The notes under the pieces are model-generated. The model saw only the letters and a program-made list of their open reading frames with translations, searched no databases and was not told the DNA's origin. A stretch of DNA of 63,504 nucleotides, the filler included, from Folioceros fuciformis (taxonomy: Eukaryota), in the NCBI GenBank assembly GCA_049999805.1. It is 7 parts of 6 records of this genome, joined end to end, with 100 filler letters (N's around TTAATTAATTAA, not from the genome) between each part and the next. Parts side by side here need not be neighbours in the genome. Positions count along the whole stretch, not along the records: positions 37,687 to 42,619 come from JBNGIO010006127.1; positions 42,720 to 46,601 come from JBNGIO010006128.1; positions 46,702 to 63,504 come from JBNGIO010006131.1; 4 more parts are not named here. One strand, 5' to 3'. Made by a program: the position numbers and the translations under genes. The first letter of the stretch is position 1; each line of letters opens with the position of its first letter. Shown here piece by piece: positions 37,687 through 50,214 of this stretch.

Positions 37687-40656
37687 GTGTTTGTTGGCTA
37701 TACGGAAGGGATCAAGGGGTACAAATTGTTGGACCCCAGTACCAGGAGCATAACACATTGCCGGAGTGTGGTGTTTGATGAACTGTCATTGCTCACACCA
37801 CAACCTGAGCTCACAGAACGGATCCCTGCACATGAAGCCTCCACAAGCGAGATGTCAGAAGGAGAAAACAGTGAGGAAATCTTCCAGCACACAAGTATTA
37901 CAACACAGCATGCACATGTACTTGCAGCAGTTGTAAGCCAGTCAGCAAGTGTCTTCCCTGATGACGAGGATGGAGAATCTTTCTATGATACTCATGCTGA
38001 GACCATGGTTGATAATGAAAGTGTGGAGGATACAGAGGATACCCATGCAGCCAGTCATTAGGAGGCTGCTGATACACAGACTGAACAAGGTCAGTCTTCT
38101 CAAGTAGAAGTGGTGACAGCTCCAGAAGCTGTGGGTCCAAGACGAAGCAGCAGGAGGCACACTGTCTCACCTAATGACTGGCTTGAACCACCTCTCACAT
38201 ACAGCTCCTTTCTGGTGCAGGATGATAGTGCACTAGGTAACCTGTACGAGCCACAGTCATACAAGGAAGCAGTTAGCGGAGCAGAAGCCGAAAAATGGAA
38301 TGCAGCAATTGCCTTAGAATACCAGTCTCTAATGGATAATGGGACGTGGGAATTGGTAGATTTACCTGCTGGCAGGAAACCCGTGACCTGCAAGTGGGTA
38401 TTTAAAAAGAAACTTGCAGCTGACGGAAGCATAGCAAGATTTAAAGCCCGACTTGTGGCAAGAGGGTACAGCCAGGTGGAGGGCCTGGATTATACGGAAA
38501 CCTTCTCACCTGTTGTTAGGGCAACTTTAGTTCGCACCCTTTTTGCCGTTGCAGCACAAAGAGACTACGCCATGGAGCACATGGACGTAAAAACGCGTTC
38601 TTAAATGGCACCCTGGAGGAAACGATTTTCATGAATCAGCCTGAAGGTTTCATAGACTCTAAGTAGCCAGGAAAGGTATGCTGGCTCATCAAAACGATTT
38701 ATGGACTGAAACAGTCCCCACGAGCCTGGTACAAACGCATCGACACATACCTCAAGCAGTCAGGATTCCTCCAATCAGAATCTGTGTACAAATGTGTACA
38801 AGTTGGAGGAGAAAGATGGAGTTGTCTTTCTGGCTCTCTACATGGATGATGCCGTTCTCATTGCGAGCAACCCGAGAATTATGACCAAGGTCAAATCTAT
38901 ACTTACTTCTGAGTTCTCCATGACAGATTTGGGGAAGCTCACATGGTTCCTTGGCATAGAAATTCTGCAAGACCTGTCACAGCACACCATCCACATACAT
39001 CAGGCTCAATATATAAATCAGGTGCTAGCAGGATACAGAATGTCAGATTGTAAACCTGCTGCAACGCCAATGGCTGTTGGCGAAAAATTAAGTGTTGAGC
39101 AGGGACCTAAGACAGAAACGAAGAGACAGCAAATGGAAAGCATCCCATACAGGTCAGCAGTATGCTCACTCATCTACTGTAGAAATTGGACGAGGCCTGA
39201 CCTGTCCTACGCAGTGGGAGTAACCTCCCAATTCTTGACATGCTATGGGCAAGCACATTGGGCAGTTGTACAAAGAGTGATGAGGTACCTGAAGGGTACG
39301 CCGAAGCTTGGCCTGCTGTACAGGCAACGACCAAAAAACCTGCTCTTGACATGCTTCTGCGATGCCGACTGGGCAGCAGAGGCTGACACACGCAGGTCCA
39401 TCTCTGCCAATTGCCTGCTACTGGGAGCCCATGAATACGAGGCCACAGTAATTTCTTGGCATTCCAAGAAACAACAAGTTGTGGCCCTATCGTCTACAGA
39501 GGCAGAGTATGTTGCTACAGCTACTGCTGCCCAAGATATTGTCTACGCAAGGGAGCTGCTCTCCTCACTAGGTGAAACCCAGACTTCACCAACACTTCTG
39601 CTGTGTGACAACCAATCTGCTATAGCACTAGCTCAAAACCCTATCATGCATGCAAGAACCAAACATATAGAAGTGAAGCATCACTTCATTAGACAGGTGC
39701 TAATAAATGGGCAGGCTACCCTACAGTATGTGCCTACCACCGACAATGTGTCGGACCTGCTAACCAAAGCCTTAGCAAAAGATAAGCACGACAAATTTTG
39801 TAGGGCTCTGGGCCTGGCAGTAGGAAAATAGCACCAAGAAACCAACCCACGAGGTCAGCACTTGGAAGTCTTCATGCACGTCTTCAGGTATGCAAGTACT
39901 AGCTACTCTGGAAGCGACGAGTTGGCATCTTGGTGGAGCAAAGGTACCAGGCATCTGCGCAAGGCAGAAAGGGGTCAGAACCGCAAAACAGAAGGAAAAA
40001 CAGCAGCAAGCAATTTGCAAAAGCCTGTGGCGGCTCACCATAGCGCAGAATGAGTCGCCCCTCATTTGTGAAGTCTGATCCAGCGTACAAGAAGTGGTCC
40101 ATACAATTTGGGAGCATTCTAAAGGGCGCATCTGGTACCAGTTGAGGAAAAACCCTGCAGCCGCCTCCAGTGAGCGTGCGCTGCCTCCTGCCTAGCCTCA
40201 GTGCTGTGTAATTTTTGCAAACTCAATGCACAAGGAGCAGGGCTTCCGACAACGGAGCGCAAGAAGGACCAGCACCATGACCAGCAACAGCACGCAGGCG
40301 ACCTAAACCTGGCCATCAGCGGCGTGATCCATGGCGGCGGCCGTAAGCGGGAGCAAAAACCTAGCTGCAGATCGAAGACGGCGAGACGTAAAGAATTAAC
40401 GAAGCTCTGGCTAAGTGGGAGTAAGAAAATGCATGAAAAGTTAGGTCATCATTTAAATAGCCAGACTTATTTATCTATTTATTTATTAGGGCATGAGCCG
40501 GGGTATGAAACGCTGGGAGCGTTTCATAGAGTCGTTTCTTTGTGGAGGGTCACAACCCTAACTGACAGCCACCACCGAACAGGTGCACACCCTCCTCCCT
40601 AGCTTAAGGCCACTTTGGCCACGCCTAATCAATAACCTTGTCTTTTCTGCTAATCA
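37687..40656 (+). mobile_element. Ty1/copia element A, degenerate 3' part (INT end, RT, RNase H, putative PPT and 3' LTR 40422-40656)
   Basis: FVGYTEGIKGYKL, CKWVFKKK..FKARLVARGYSQ, LYMDD, CDADWA, ALSSTEAEY, RTKHIEVKHHFIR; stops and frameshifts near 38060, 38595, 38665 and 38780; AAGTGGGAG at 40413-40421. Confidence 0.9.
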
Positions 40657-42619
40657 TGTGAAATAAATCGATCCTGGGCTAGAAATTCTAAAGGGTTCCC
40701 GCCAGCATTTAAGCGACTATGCTCTTGCTGGTAGAGAGCTCCAATTATCTCCTCCACTGTAAGAGTGGAAGCAAATGCTGACTGTCCTGCCTTACTAGAA
40801 ACTAGCATAAGGCTGGTGACAAAGTTTTGATATGAGGGGGGTAGGCTCATCAAAAGCTGAGCACAGCATCCACTTCTGACATTTTGGAGCCAAGCGATTC
40901 CAACTGCCCCCTCAAGTGGCGAAAATTAGAGGTATGTGCTGCTTTCGTTTCACCTTCTCTCATGCGAAGAGCATTAAATTCCTGTCTAGCATTATAAATG
41001 GTAAGCACATTGTTAACATTATATTTGTTAAATAGTTGATCCTAGATTGCGTCAGCCTCTGTCAGGAACTCAATGCTAGGGACCAAGGAGGAATCCAGGC
41101 CACTGATAAGAAGTGCTATAGCTATACCATTAAGGTTGTCCCACTTCTCGATGTCTACGGCCGAGGGAGCTGGGTTAGCTGTTGGGTCAAGTTTGGGGAG
41201 AGTCTTATCCACAACCTTCCAGACACCTCTACCAATGAGGGTGGACTTCATGCGAACACAATAGACAGGGTATTGTAAGCCATTGAATCGGTCTTTCTCT
41301 TTTATATGGTCTGTGAAGATGAGGCCTAAAGAGGACGTGGTGTGTGCACTACTGGTAGCCATAACTATTGCATTGTTAAGTGACAGGGAGTTAAATTGGC
41401 TTACAAGTTGATTTATAGACATGGAGGTCTATCATGAAGAGTTATATGTATCTAACAACCTGTGTACAGGGGGGAAGGGCATACTCAACAAAGCACAGGT
41501 AGGAGGACATGTAGAGGCATGTGAGCCTGCTTGTGCCACGCTCAATGGTTCTTCCTCCCTCATTCAGACACATTAGATGATAAAGCCAAGACGTGGTCAA
41601 GAAAAGGCAACATTAGGGTTGGTAGTCCTTTATTTCTTGACCTACTCTCACAAAGTTGGCGGTTGGCTCCTCATGTCCAACAGGTACGGGTGCGCCTCTT
41701 CATAGCTTGTGTGGAAGGAGAGGAACAAAGGTCGGTTATCGTTTCCTCCCGCAAGGGTCGTAAGGCGCCCACGTGGCAGCGCGACGTGTGAGGCTTCCAA
41801 GGGAATGCACTGCTTGGAGTCTCCTGCCTCCCTCAACTCAACGGAGTCAGAGGATTGGATGTTGACGACCACTGCGCTTGGAAGATTGGGGCAGTCTGTC
41901 CTGAATTGATTGTGATCCAAGACTAATTGTCAAATCTGCTATATCCCGTAGGTGAGCCTGTATCACTACATCCCTATAGTGAACAGCCCTAAGGAAACAC
42001 TGATATTGTTCCTCAATTCTGAGCTTGATGTGCCTTTGATTATCAAGAATCTGATCAAGTTGGGCTTGTAATTGTGCAGGAGAGGAGGGAAAAGCCTTAG
42101 GCCGCGGTCTAAAGAACTAGTCCTCTGAATTCTGTCCTCTCCTTACACAACGATCTCTGTAGAGACAATCCACTTGTTGATTGCTCTGTAGAGAATGGGC
42201 TGATCCAGGCCGTGAACTGCATTGTGCCACAAATTGTTGTAGTCAGATGGCAGGGTAGTTTTGCTCGTAGAGGTCCAGCAGAGGGTCTATCGGCACAGCT
42301 GCCATTTGTCATGGCGAGGGGCCTCCACGGAATTGTTGTGTTGGAGGTCCAGCTTGACGATGCCGCTTAGGCAATCCACCCTGCCTCGGCATTCTTCAAG
42401 GATTTTAGCAAATTGCAGAGCATGGCTCTGATACCATGTGCATTTCTAGAGGAGTAGAGAAGACTCATATGGGATAGCAAAAGTGTAATAATCAAAAGTA
42501 CGAATAATAAAACATACGGTCAAAAGGTTTCTATATAACTAGTCACCTAAGAGTCGTACCCCTTGGGCTATTTGGCCCTAATATAACTAAACCCAAGCGA
42601 GTGTTGGATTACATATACT
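40657..42619 (-). mobile_element. Ty1/copia element B, 5' part (LTR 42437-42619, tRNA-iMet PBS, ~1 kb leader, decayed gag)
   Basis: Minus-strand ...CA TGGTATCAGAGCCA (42423-42436); gag motifs RFNGLQYPVYCVRMKSTLIGRGVW and LLMSLPPSYQNFVTSL. Confidence 0.85.
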
Positions 42620-42719
42620 NNNNNNNNNNNNNNNNNNNNNNNNNNNNNNNNNNNNNNNNNNNNTTAATTAATTAANNNNNNNNNNNNNNNNNNNNNNNNN
42701 NNNNNNNNNNNNNNNNNNN

Positions 42720-45700
42720 GAGCGTCCAAATGAAGTGGAGAGACAGCCCAAGTGGGATGAGCTTGCAGGCAAGGCCTTTGCAAATATTTGTTTCAACTTA
42801 GAAGATGCACAATTGATGCATGTGACCACTTGCAAATCAGCAAGAGAGGCTTGGTTGAAATTAGAGGCTTTGTATGAGAACAAGAGCCTTGTGAATCGCT
42901 TGTTCTTAAGGCGTAGATTCTTTTCCATTCAAATGGGTGAGAGTGATAGTGTGATTGAGCATGTAGACAAGGTGAGGAGTCTTTCCCAACAATTGGCAGT
43001 CATTGGAGCTCCTGTGACGGATGATGACCTTGTGATGACTCTTCTTGCAAGCTTGCCGGAGTCATATAACAATTTGATTGTAGCTTTAGAATCAAGAGTA
43101 GATGCTCTTACATTTGAGATTGTTGTGGGAAGACTACTCCATGAGGAGACGAAACGAAAGGAGAAGGGGAAGACATCGGAAGAATCAGCCTTTGTGACCA
43201 AGAAGATTGGTGACGGATCAGCCAACCTTGTGAAACAAACCGAGGCCTCTTCATTCACGGGGAGAAATCGTAGATCTAATCTCACTTGCAATTACTGTGG
43301 CAAGGTTGGACATTTTGCAAGGAATTGCTTCAAGAGAGATCGAGATGAGAAGGCAAAGAGTCAAGGAAACTTCGTGGAAGAGTATGAGGAAGCTTTTGTG
43401 TGCACACATCATCCCTCCAAGCAAGTCGAAGAATGGTACATTGATTCGGGAGCTACGGAGCACATGACCAATAGGCGTGAGTGGTTCCAATCTTTCAAGT
43501 CCATTGCTGCTACCAAGATCTATTTGGGTGATAATTCAATCCAAATGTGTGAGGGGGAAGGTGTTGTGGCAATGGATATGACCACACCTAACGGAGTAGT
43601 GCGTGGGATGTTGAAAAGGGTGCTATACGTACCAGGCTTGGGGAAGAACTTGTTTTCCGTGAGTGCAAGCACCTCTCTAGGATTGGTAGTGAGATTTGAA
43701 GGATCTAATGTGTCTTTCATTAATGTGCACGGAGAAGTGAGGGCACAAGGAGAAAAGATTGGCAAGCTCTATTGCTTGAGTGGGAGCGTTGTCATGCCGA
43801 GGTCGAGCATCGAGGAGGCAAATGTGGTACAAAAGAACACTAACAAGTTGCTCTTATGGCACCAAAGGCTAGGACATCTTGGCGTTCAAAACATCAAGCT
43901 CATGGATCGTAAGAAAATGGTGCAAGGACTCGATCTTGGTGAAGACGAAGACATTGGCGTTTGCAAAGGGTGTATTATGGGTAAGCAACACCGCCTTCCA
44001 TTTCCAAAGCAAGGAAGTAGATCCAATCATTTGTTAGAGGTGGTGCATACAGACATCTGTGGTCCCATGAAGACTACATCCATAGGAGGTGCTAAGTATT
44101 TTCTTACCTTCACGGATGATAAGTCTAGATATACGAAGGTGTACTTTTTGAAATCCAAGGAGGCATGCTTCTCCAAATTCAAGGAGTACAAAGCATTTGT
44201 GGAGAACCAAATTGGGAGAAAGATCAAGACTCTACGAAGTGACAATGGAGGGGAGTACATGTCCAAGGAATTTGAGATGTTTTGCAAGGAGCACGGAATT
44301 GTTCATCAATTCTCAGCACCTTATAGTCCTCAACAAAACGGAGTTGCAGAACGCAAAAATAGAACTTTGGTAGAATGTGCAAGAAGTATGTTGCACCATG
44401 GAGGATTGGGATATGAGTTTTGGGGTGAGGCTATTGCAACTGCTGTGTATCTAACAAATAGGAGTGTGACTGCATCATTGGAGGGCATCACACCCGAAGA
44501 GTGTTGGACCGGAAGGAAGCCTTCCATTGCTCATTTGCATGTCTTTGGGTGCAAGGCATTTGTGCATAAGTCCAAGGAGATAAGAACCAAGTTGGAGGCA
44601 AAGTCAGTGGAGTGTATTTTTGTAGGTTATGACTTGGAGAGAAAAGCTTTTTGATTGTATGACAAGGGAGCGAAGCGTGTCATAATTAGTAGGGATGTGA
44701 TTTTTGAGGAAAATGGAGTTGCTATCACTAAGATTCCAAATGTGTCTATTGTGAATGATGATGATGACTTTACAGTGGCCCTAGAAGAAACAACAAGGGA
44801 TGATGCTTCTATTGAAGAGAACAAGGGGATTTCTGATGAAGGAGAAGTAGAGGAGCAAGCACAAAGGCAAGAAACGCCTCCACCAAAGAGGTATCCGACA
44901 AGGGAGCGACGGCCACCTAAGGATTGGAGAGAAGGACCAGAGTTTGCTTCCATTGCTATGACACACGGAAGGGAACCATTGACTGTGGCTGAAGCTCTAC
45001 AAGGGAAGGATTGCGAGCACTGGAAAGAAGCCATGGATGAGGAGATAAGGTCCCTTGAAGGTAATGATACGTGGATGTTGACAACATTGCCCGCAGGAAG
45101 GAATGCCATTGGGTGTAAATGGGTGTTCAGAATCAAGAGAAATGCAAGTGGGGAAATTGATAGATTCAAGGCTAGGTTGGTGGTGAAGGGATACTCCCAA
45201 GAGGAGGGCATTGACTACAATGAGACATTTGCACCAGTTGCCAAGTTTGCATCCATCAGAACCTTACTTGCAGTGGGAGCAATGTATGATTTGGAGATTC
45301 ATCAAATGGATGTGAAAACAGCATTTCTAAATGGGGACTTGGAGGAAGACATTTACATGGAGCAACCCCAAGGCTATGTAGTTATGGGCAAGGAGAACAT
45401 GGTTTGCAAATTGAAGAAAGCTCTTTATGGATTGAAGCAGGCTCCAAGAGCTTGGTATCAAAAGATTAACTCATATCTTTTGGAGCAGGGTTTTCGGCAA
45501 TGCACATCAGATGAGAGCATCTACATTTTTGAGGTCTCCCAAAGTAAGGTAATCTTAGCCATATATGTGGATGATCTTATCTTGTTGAGTCCATCTTTAA
45601 GCAGTATTGATAAAGTGAAGGAGATGTTGTCAAAGAAGTTTGAAATGAAGGACTTAGGGAACATCAACTATTGTCTTGGAATTGAAGTGCGGAGAGATAG

Positions 45701-46601
45701 GGCAGCACGTATCATCAGGCTTGGTCAGCAAGGGTATGTTGAGGGATTATTGGAGCGATTTGGAATGATGGATTGCAAGCCTATTGGGACCCCTCAAGAT
45801 TTAGGTGTGAAGTTGTGTAAGGTTGACTACTCATCAAATGATGGGGAGGAGCATGAGATGAGTAACATCCCATATAGGGCAGCAGTTGGAAGTTTGATGT
45901 ATGCCATGGTAGGAACACGTCCAGACATTGCAAAGGCAGTGGGAGTAGTGAGCCAATTTATGCAAACCCCTGGAAAGCAACATTGGATTGCGGTGAAAAG
46001 GATTATGCGATACTTGAGAGGTACAAGTGATATGTGGTTGGAATTCTCGGGTGGAATCAAATGCCATAATATTATTGGGTATTGTGACTCCGATTGGGGA
46101 AGTGATCTTGATGATAGAAGATCAACTACAGGATATACTTTTATTTTAGGAGGAGGTGCCATTACCTGGAATAGTAAGAAGCAACCCACGGTGGCCATAT
46201 CGACAGTTGAAGCTGAGTACATGGCATCCACACAAGCCACCAAGGAGGCCGTATGGTTGAGAAAGCTCATGGAGGAGATTGGTTATGAACAATTGCATCC
46301 GACCACTCTTAGGAGCGATAGTCAAGGAAGTATGGCCTTGATCAAGAATCCAGTGCATCATGCAAGGACAAAGCATATTGACATTCAACATCACTTTGTA
46401 CGTGAGAAGGTGAAGTTATTGGAGGTTACCTTTGAATATTGCAACACTGAGGAAATGGCTGCAGATTTCTTAACCAAGGCAGTGAGTAAGTTCAAGTTTG
46501 AGAAATGCAGGGGACTACTTGGACAGAAGCAAACTCAAGTGCGCTGAGTGGGAGTGTTAAGCATGATTAATGTTGAGATTAATTAGTGCTAATCCAGCTT
46601 A
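42720..46601 (+). mobile_element. Ty1/copia element C, nearly intact gag-pol with a single TGA (44652-44654), PPT and start of 3' LTR
   Basis: UBN2 gag, CNYCGKVGHFARNC, WYIDSGAT, LWHQRLGH..C..C, HTDICGP, RSDNGGEY, MDVKTAFLNG, YVDD, YCDSDWG; GAGTGGGAG then TGTTAAG at 46555. Confidence 0.96.
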
Positions 46602-47199
46602 NNNNNNNNNNNNNNNNNNNNNNNNNNNNNNNNNNNNNNNNNNNNTTAATTAATTAANNNNNNNNNNNNNNNNNNNNNNNNNNNNNNNNNNNNNNNNNNN
46701 NTCTCCTATTGTCACCTATCAATTTTAGAGATAGGTGACAATAGGACACAAGATGTATAACAACAAACAAATGAGAAATAAAGTAAACAGCTAGGAATAT
46801 AAAATATACTCCACAAAAGTTAGCCTCTTTATATAGGCTATTAAGAGTACACCAATATGGTATTAAAATATGGACCACTAGTTTTTATATAGTAGTAAAT
46901 GTTAATATATGGCAATACATCATGGAATTGACATTTAAGAAAGGTAAATATTACTCTATATTTGGCTAGTCCTTATATGGATATATCAACTAACTAAAGT
47001 AATATGTCCACTTTAAATAGAAATAGCTTTTTTTATTGAAGCATACTAATGGTAGACAATGTGTTGCTATTTCTATATTTTTTAATTACCCGTAACTAGT
47101 GTTAATAGTTGTAAGGACCTATCAAATAGCTAAATATTTTGAAGTTAAACTTAGTTGGTTAAAAAATGGGTTGAAAAACCCTAAATCTTGAATTGTTTA

Positions 47200-48725
47200 A
47201 GTTGTACCATTCAAACGTGGAGGACATATTAGAATTGTTTAAGGAGGATATACATCATGGCATAAAGTTAAACAATACACAAGCCAAGATGGACCTTGAT
47301 ACTACTACATTGGAAGTGGTTTGTTACATTGGCCTGTTATACTTTTCAAAAGTATAATAAGTTCTAGGTTAGATTGTGAACTCTTTATTACAGTTTTGAA
47401 AGTTAAACAAAGCATTGATCCATAGAATGGTATCAAAAGACAATATCCAACCATGATGGGGTTCTTGGATACAAGAATGAAGACATTATTGTAAAACGGA
47501 TGAGAAACTCATCCACCAAACAACAAAGGTGGGAATAACCCAAGAATGGGCATCCAGCCGGGGACTAGCACCTGGTACCACCGAGTGAGAACCAGGACGT
47601 TTTGTATCGTGTCGGGATGAAAGAAATTGGTCCAAAAATCTGGAATAAATCAACCAGGTGTACATTTGTTTGGAGTTCTTCTGGTGCATGGGCATAGTAA
47701 GGGAGAAATGCTGGAGCAGTGGTAGTCCTCCGTAAGTTAAACGTCAGTCCAGTGTTCGCAAGGCGGCTAAATCCTGAACAGTCGCAAGAAGCGCAGGTCA
47801 CTGCTGGTGAGCAGCCAGGCGAGTCCTCCATTTGCATCCCTCGGTATTCTTTCTCGCATGCATACTCTACACCCGGGGCTGCCATACCCGAAGTTGGAGC
47901 CACTTGTAATGTGGGCTTCGGCGTGTGGGAGGTTGTATGAAATGCGGCCAGACATTGCAGAAACCGTAAATCCAACTGCTATTTTCGGGGAGGGCAGGTT
48001 GTGACACTGTTGGATTCCTGCCACTCCTCAGTTAAGGGCCGTGACCCGTCTGGCTTGATGCGCTTCATGGTTTGTGGTTGGGAGGATGTGGATTTCCCTC
48101 GTACGGAAATGCGCTTTCGATGGGCAGAGGATTATGACAGCAAACCTGCATTGTGGTTTGGAGGAGGAAAATAAGTCGTGATCCATCAGAGCATGACTGA
48201 ATGTATCAAGATCGTCACGATCTGCTTAAGTGGCCTCCCAAGGACGACGCCGAAAAGCGATGGGCCATCGACATCGGTGGACTTCGGTATGTGGGAGAGG
48301 GCAACAATGTGTTGCCTCCCACTGGTGCCCAAGGGTCGTACTGGGGCCGGAAAACGGGTGCGGATAGGGCGGATGACAAGTACCGTGTCTTCTTCAGCAA
48401 GGAGAAGAAGAAGAAGAAGAATGTAGACGAGGACGAGCTTGCCGCTCTCCGTAAGGAATTTTCTCACATCAAAGGAGTCAGGCTGCCTAAGTCGGATCCG
48501 TTGGGCCCTCCCAAGACCCACATCAAGTATGTGAGTGGGCTGAAAGAGGCGGCCAAGGCTAAGGTTATTCGGCAAAGGACTCTCGAGGGTATCAGCAAGC
48601 ATGGGTCGATTTATCCGTTCAAGAGAAAATCTGGTCCCAAGCCTCCTCTTGGTCCCGCTCTGATTGAGGACTTTGGAACCGTCCGGGCGTTGCATTTCGA
48701 CTATCTCATTGAGAGCGATGACTAG
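47200..48725 (+). pseudogene. Decayed coding-like region of unknown family ending in a 174-aa basic ORF (48201-48725)
   Basis: Protein-like reading segments chained through isolated TGA codons (47938, 48198) and frameshifts; no family recognised with confidence. Confidence 0.35.
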
Positions 48726-50033
48726 CCAGGCTCTCATTGTCTCCAGCGCAGACTTTCCTGCCGAGTCTTCTTCCCCTGTTTTTTTTTTTTTCGTTTTGCA
48801 GTTAAACCAGGGTCTTCTCGGAACCTGTGATGAGTGAGGGCTGCCGCATGAGGTATGAACTGGTGGACATGGGTCTTCATTTCTTTGCAGCTTTTCCTAT
48901 AGGCGGCTACAGTCATGTTCATTTTTGTCGCTTGTTGCAGCTGGGTATTGCTACAATCAAAGGAGTTGTGAGAAACTTCGCAATGATGATGTAGGATAAT
49001 TCAAGGATGTAGACCCTTCGCGTCTAGGAATCCGTTTGATATCTTTTGCCTTTGCCCTCTTAACCCAAGTATATTCTGGCCTCAATGTCAGGTGTGATGC
49101 ATTCGATCAGACTGTCCACTTCACTTTGAGGAGCATGTCAAGGAGCCTTGTTTTGGTTATGATCGAAATCTGTAGTCTGTTCCTGCTGTGCATGCCTTCG
49201 TATCTGTCTACCCCTTTGTGAACCCAGTTCCTTTTTTTAACTTCCTGCGGCTGTCTTTGGCACTTCTTTGTTCCCGAAAGTAAGTGGGTTGTTCTGAAGA
49301 CCACTGCACGCTCAACCTGGCGAGTTGCCAATACATGAATCCTGTTCTGGAATGTCAGCATCCTGAAATTCACGCTCACCAGGCCAGATCCTGCTTCGTC
49401 GACTATGATACGGTGCATCTTGCTATGCACTCTTTCTGTGGGACAAGGCTAATCTGGGCTGCGTCATTTGTCATTACCTGTATGGAGGGAAGGTTGGTCA
49501 AATTGGCTGCCTCAGTTTCCTGCAAGAGCGTCGGAGGACGTGCTGAACAGGCCAAGGCGAAGTTGGAAGGAGGACGGAGGAGCTTGCTTCATCAGGTACC
49601 TGAGCGAACATGTACTCTTCAACCTATTGAGTCAATCAGCTGTCCTGATCGTCTAACAGTTGAAGTTGATGATATGATGTTGCAACCACTTTTCCACTGT
49701 TGCTGCCTCACCAGGGTCTTCGGAAAATTCGTAGAGGACACTGGGATCTCGGAAAAGAGGGGAGGGGTATCTCTTGCTTCTCCTTTACTTATGACTGCCT
49801 ATGTTGAGAACATAGCAGGTGATGCATTCAGGCTTGTGGCATGATTGTTTTGATGGAGATGTGTACATGATATTTAAGTCTGAAATCTATCTATAAGACG
49901 TTTTTGCTCACATACCAGTTTCTATCATCTGCAGCCTTCAATCAGAGACCAAGAGGGGACCGTTCGGCAGCTCTTCAAATATAGGAAGAGCTCCACATGT
50001 ACAAACACGGGGCCTCAACAAAGTCGCAACCTG

Positions 50034-50180
50034 CAAGAACCTGTTTGAGTCACGACGCACAAGAGCTTGTCCAAGGCAACTTACAAGAACCTGTCCGAGT
50101 CACAAATTACAATAGCTTGTTCAAGTCACTAACCTACGAGAACCTGTCCAAGTCAGAACCCAAGAACCTCTTGAAGTCAC
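50034..50180. repeat. Degenerate ~25-bp tandem repeat (CAAGAACCTGTCCAAGTCAC core) x ~6, just downstream of the GDSL stop
   Basis: Recurrent caagaacctg/caagagcttg...agtcac motifs. Confidence 0.65.
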
Positions 50181-50214
50181 TGGGAAAGCTCTCTCCTAAA
50201 CATCCACGGGCGTC

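Noticed and set aside
37687..41422. Novel retroelement with convergent gag and pol
   Set aside because: Better explained as two copia elements, one nested in the other, with a PPT/LTR candidate at the junction.
48734..49844. Additional genes on either strand
   Set aside because: Minus-strand frames are broken by stops, and the 186-aa plus ORF shows no recognisable motif or exon chain.
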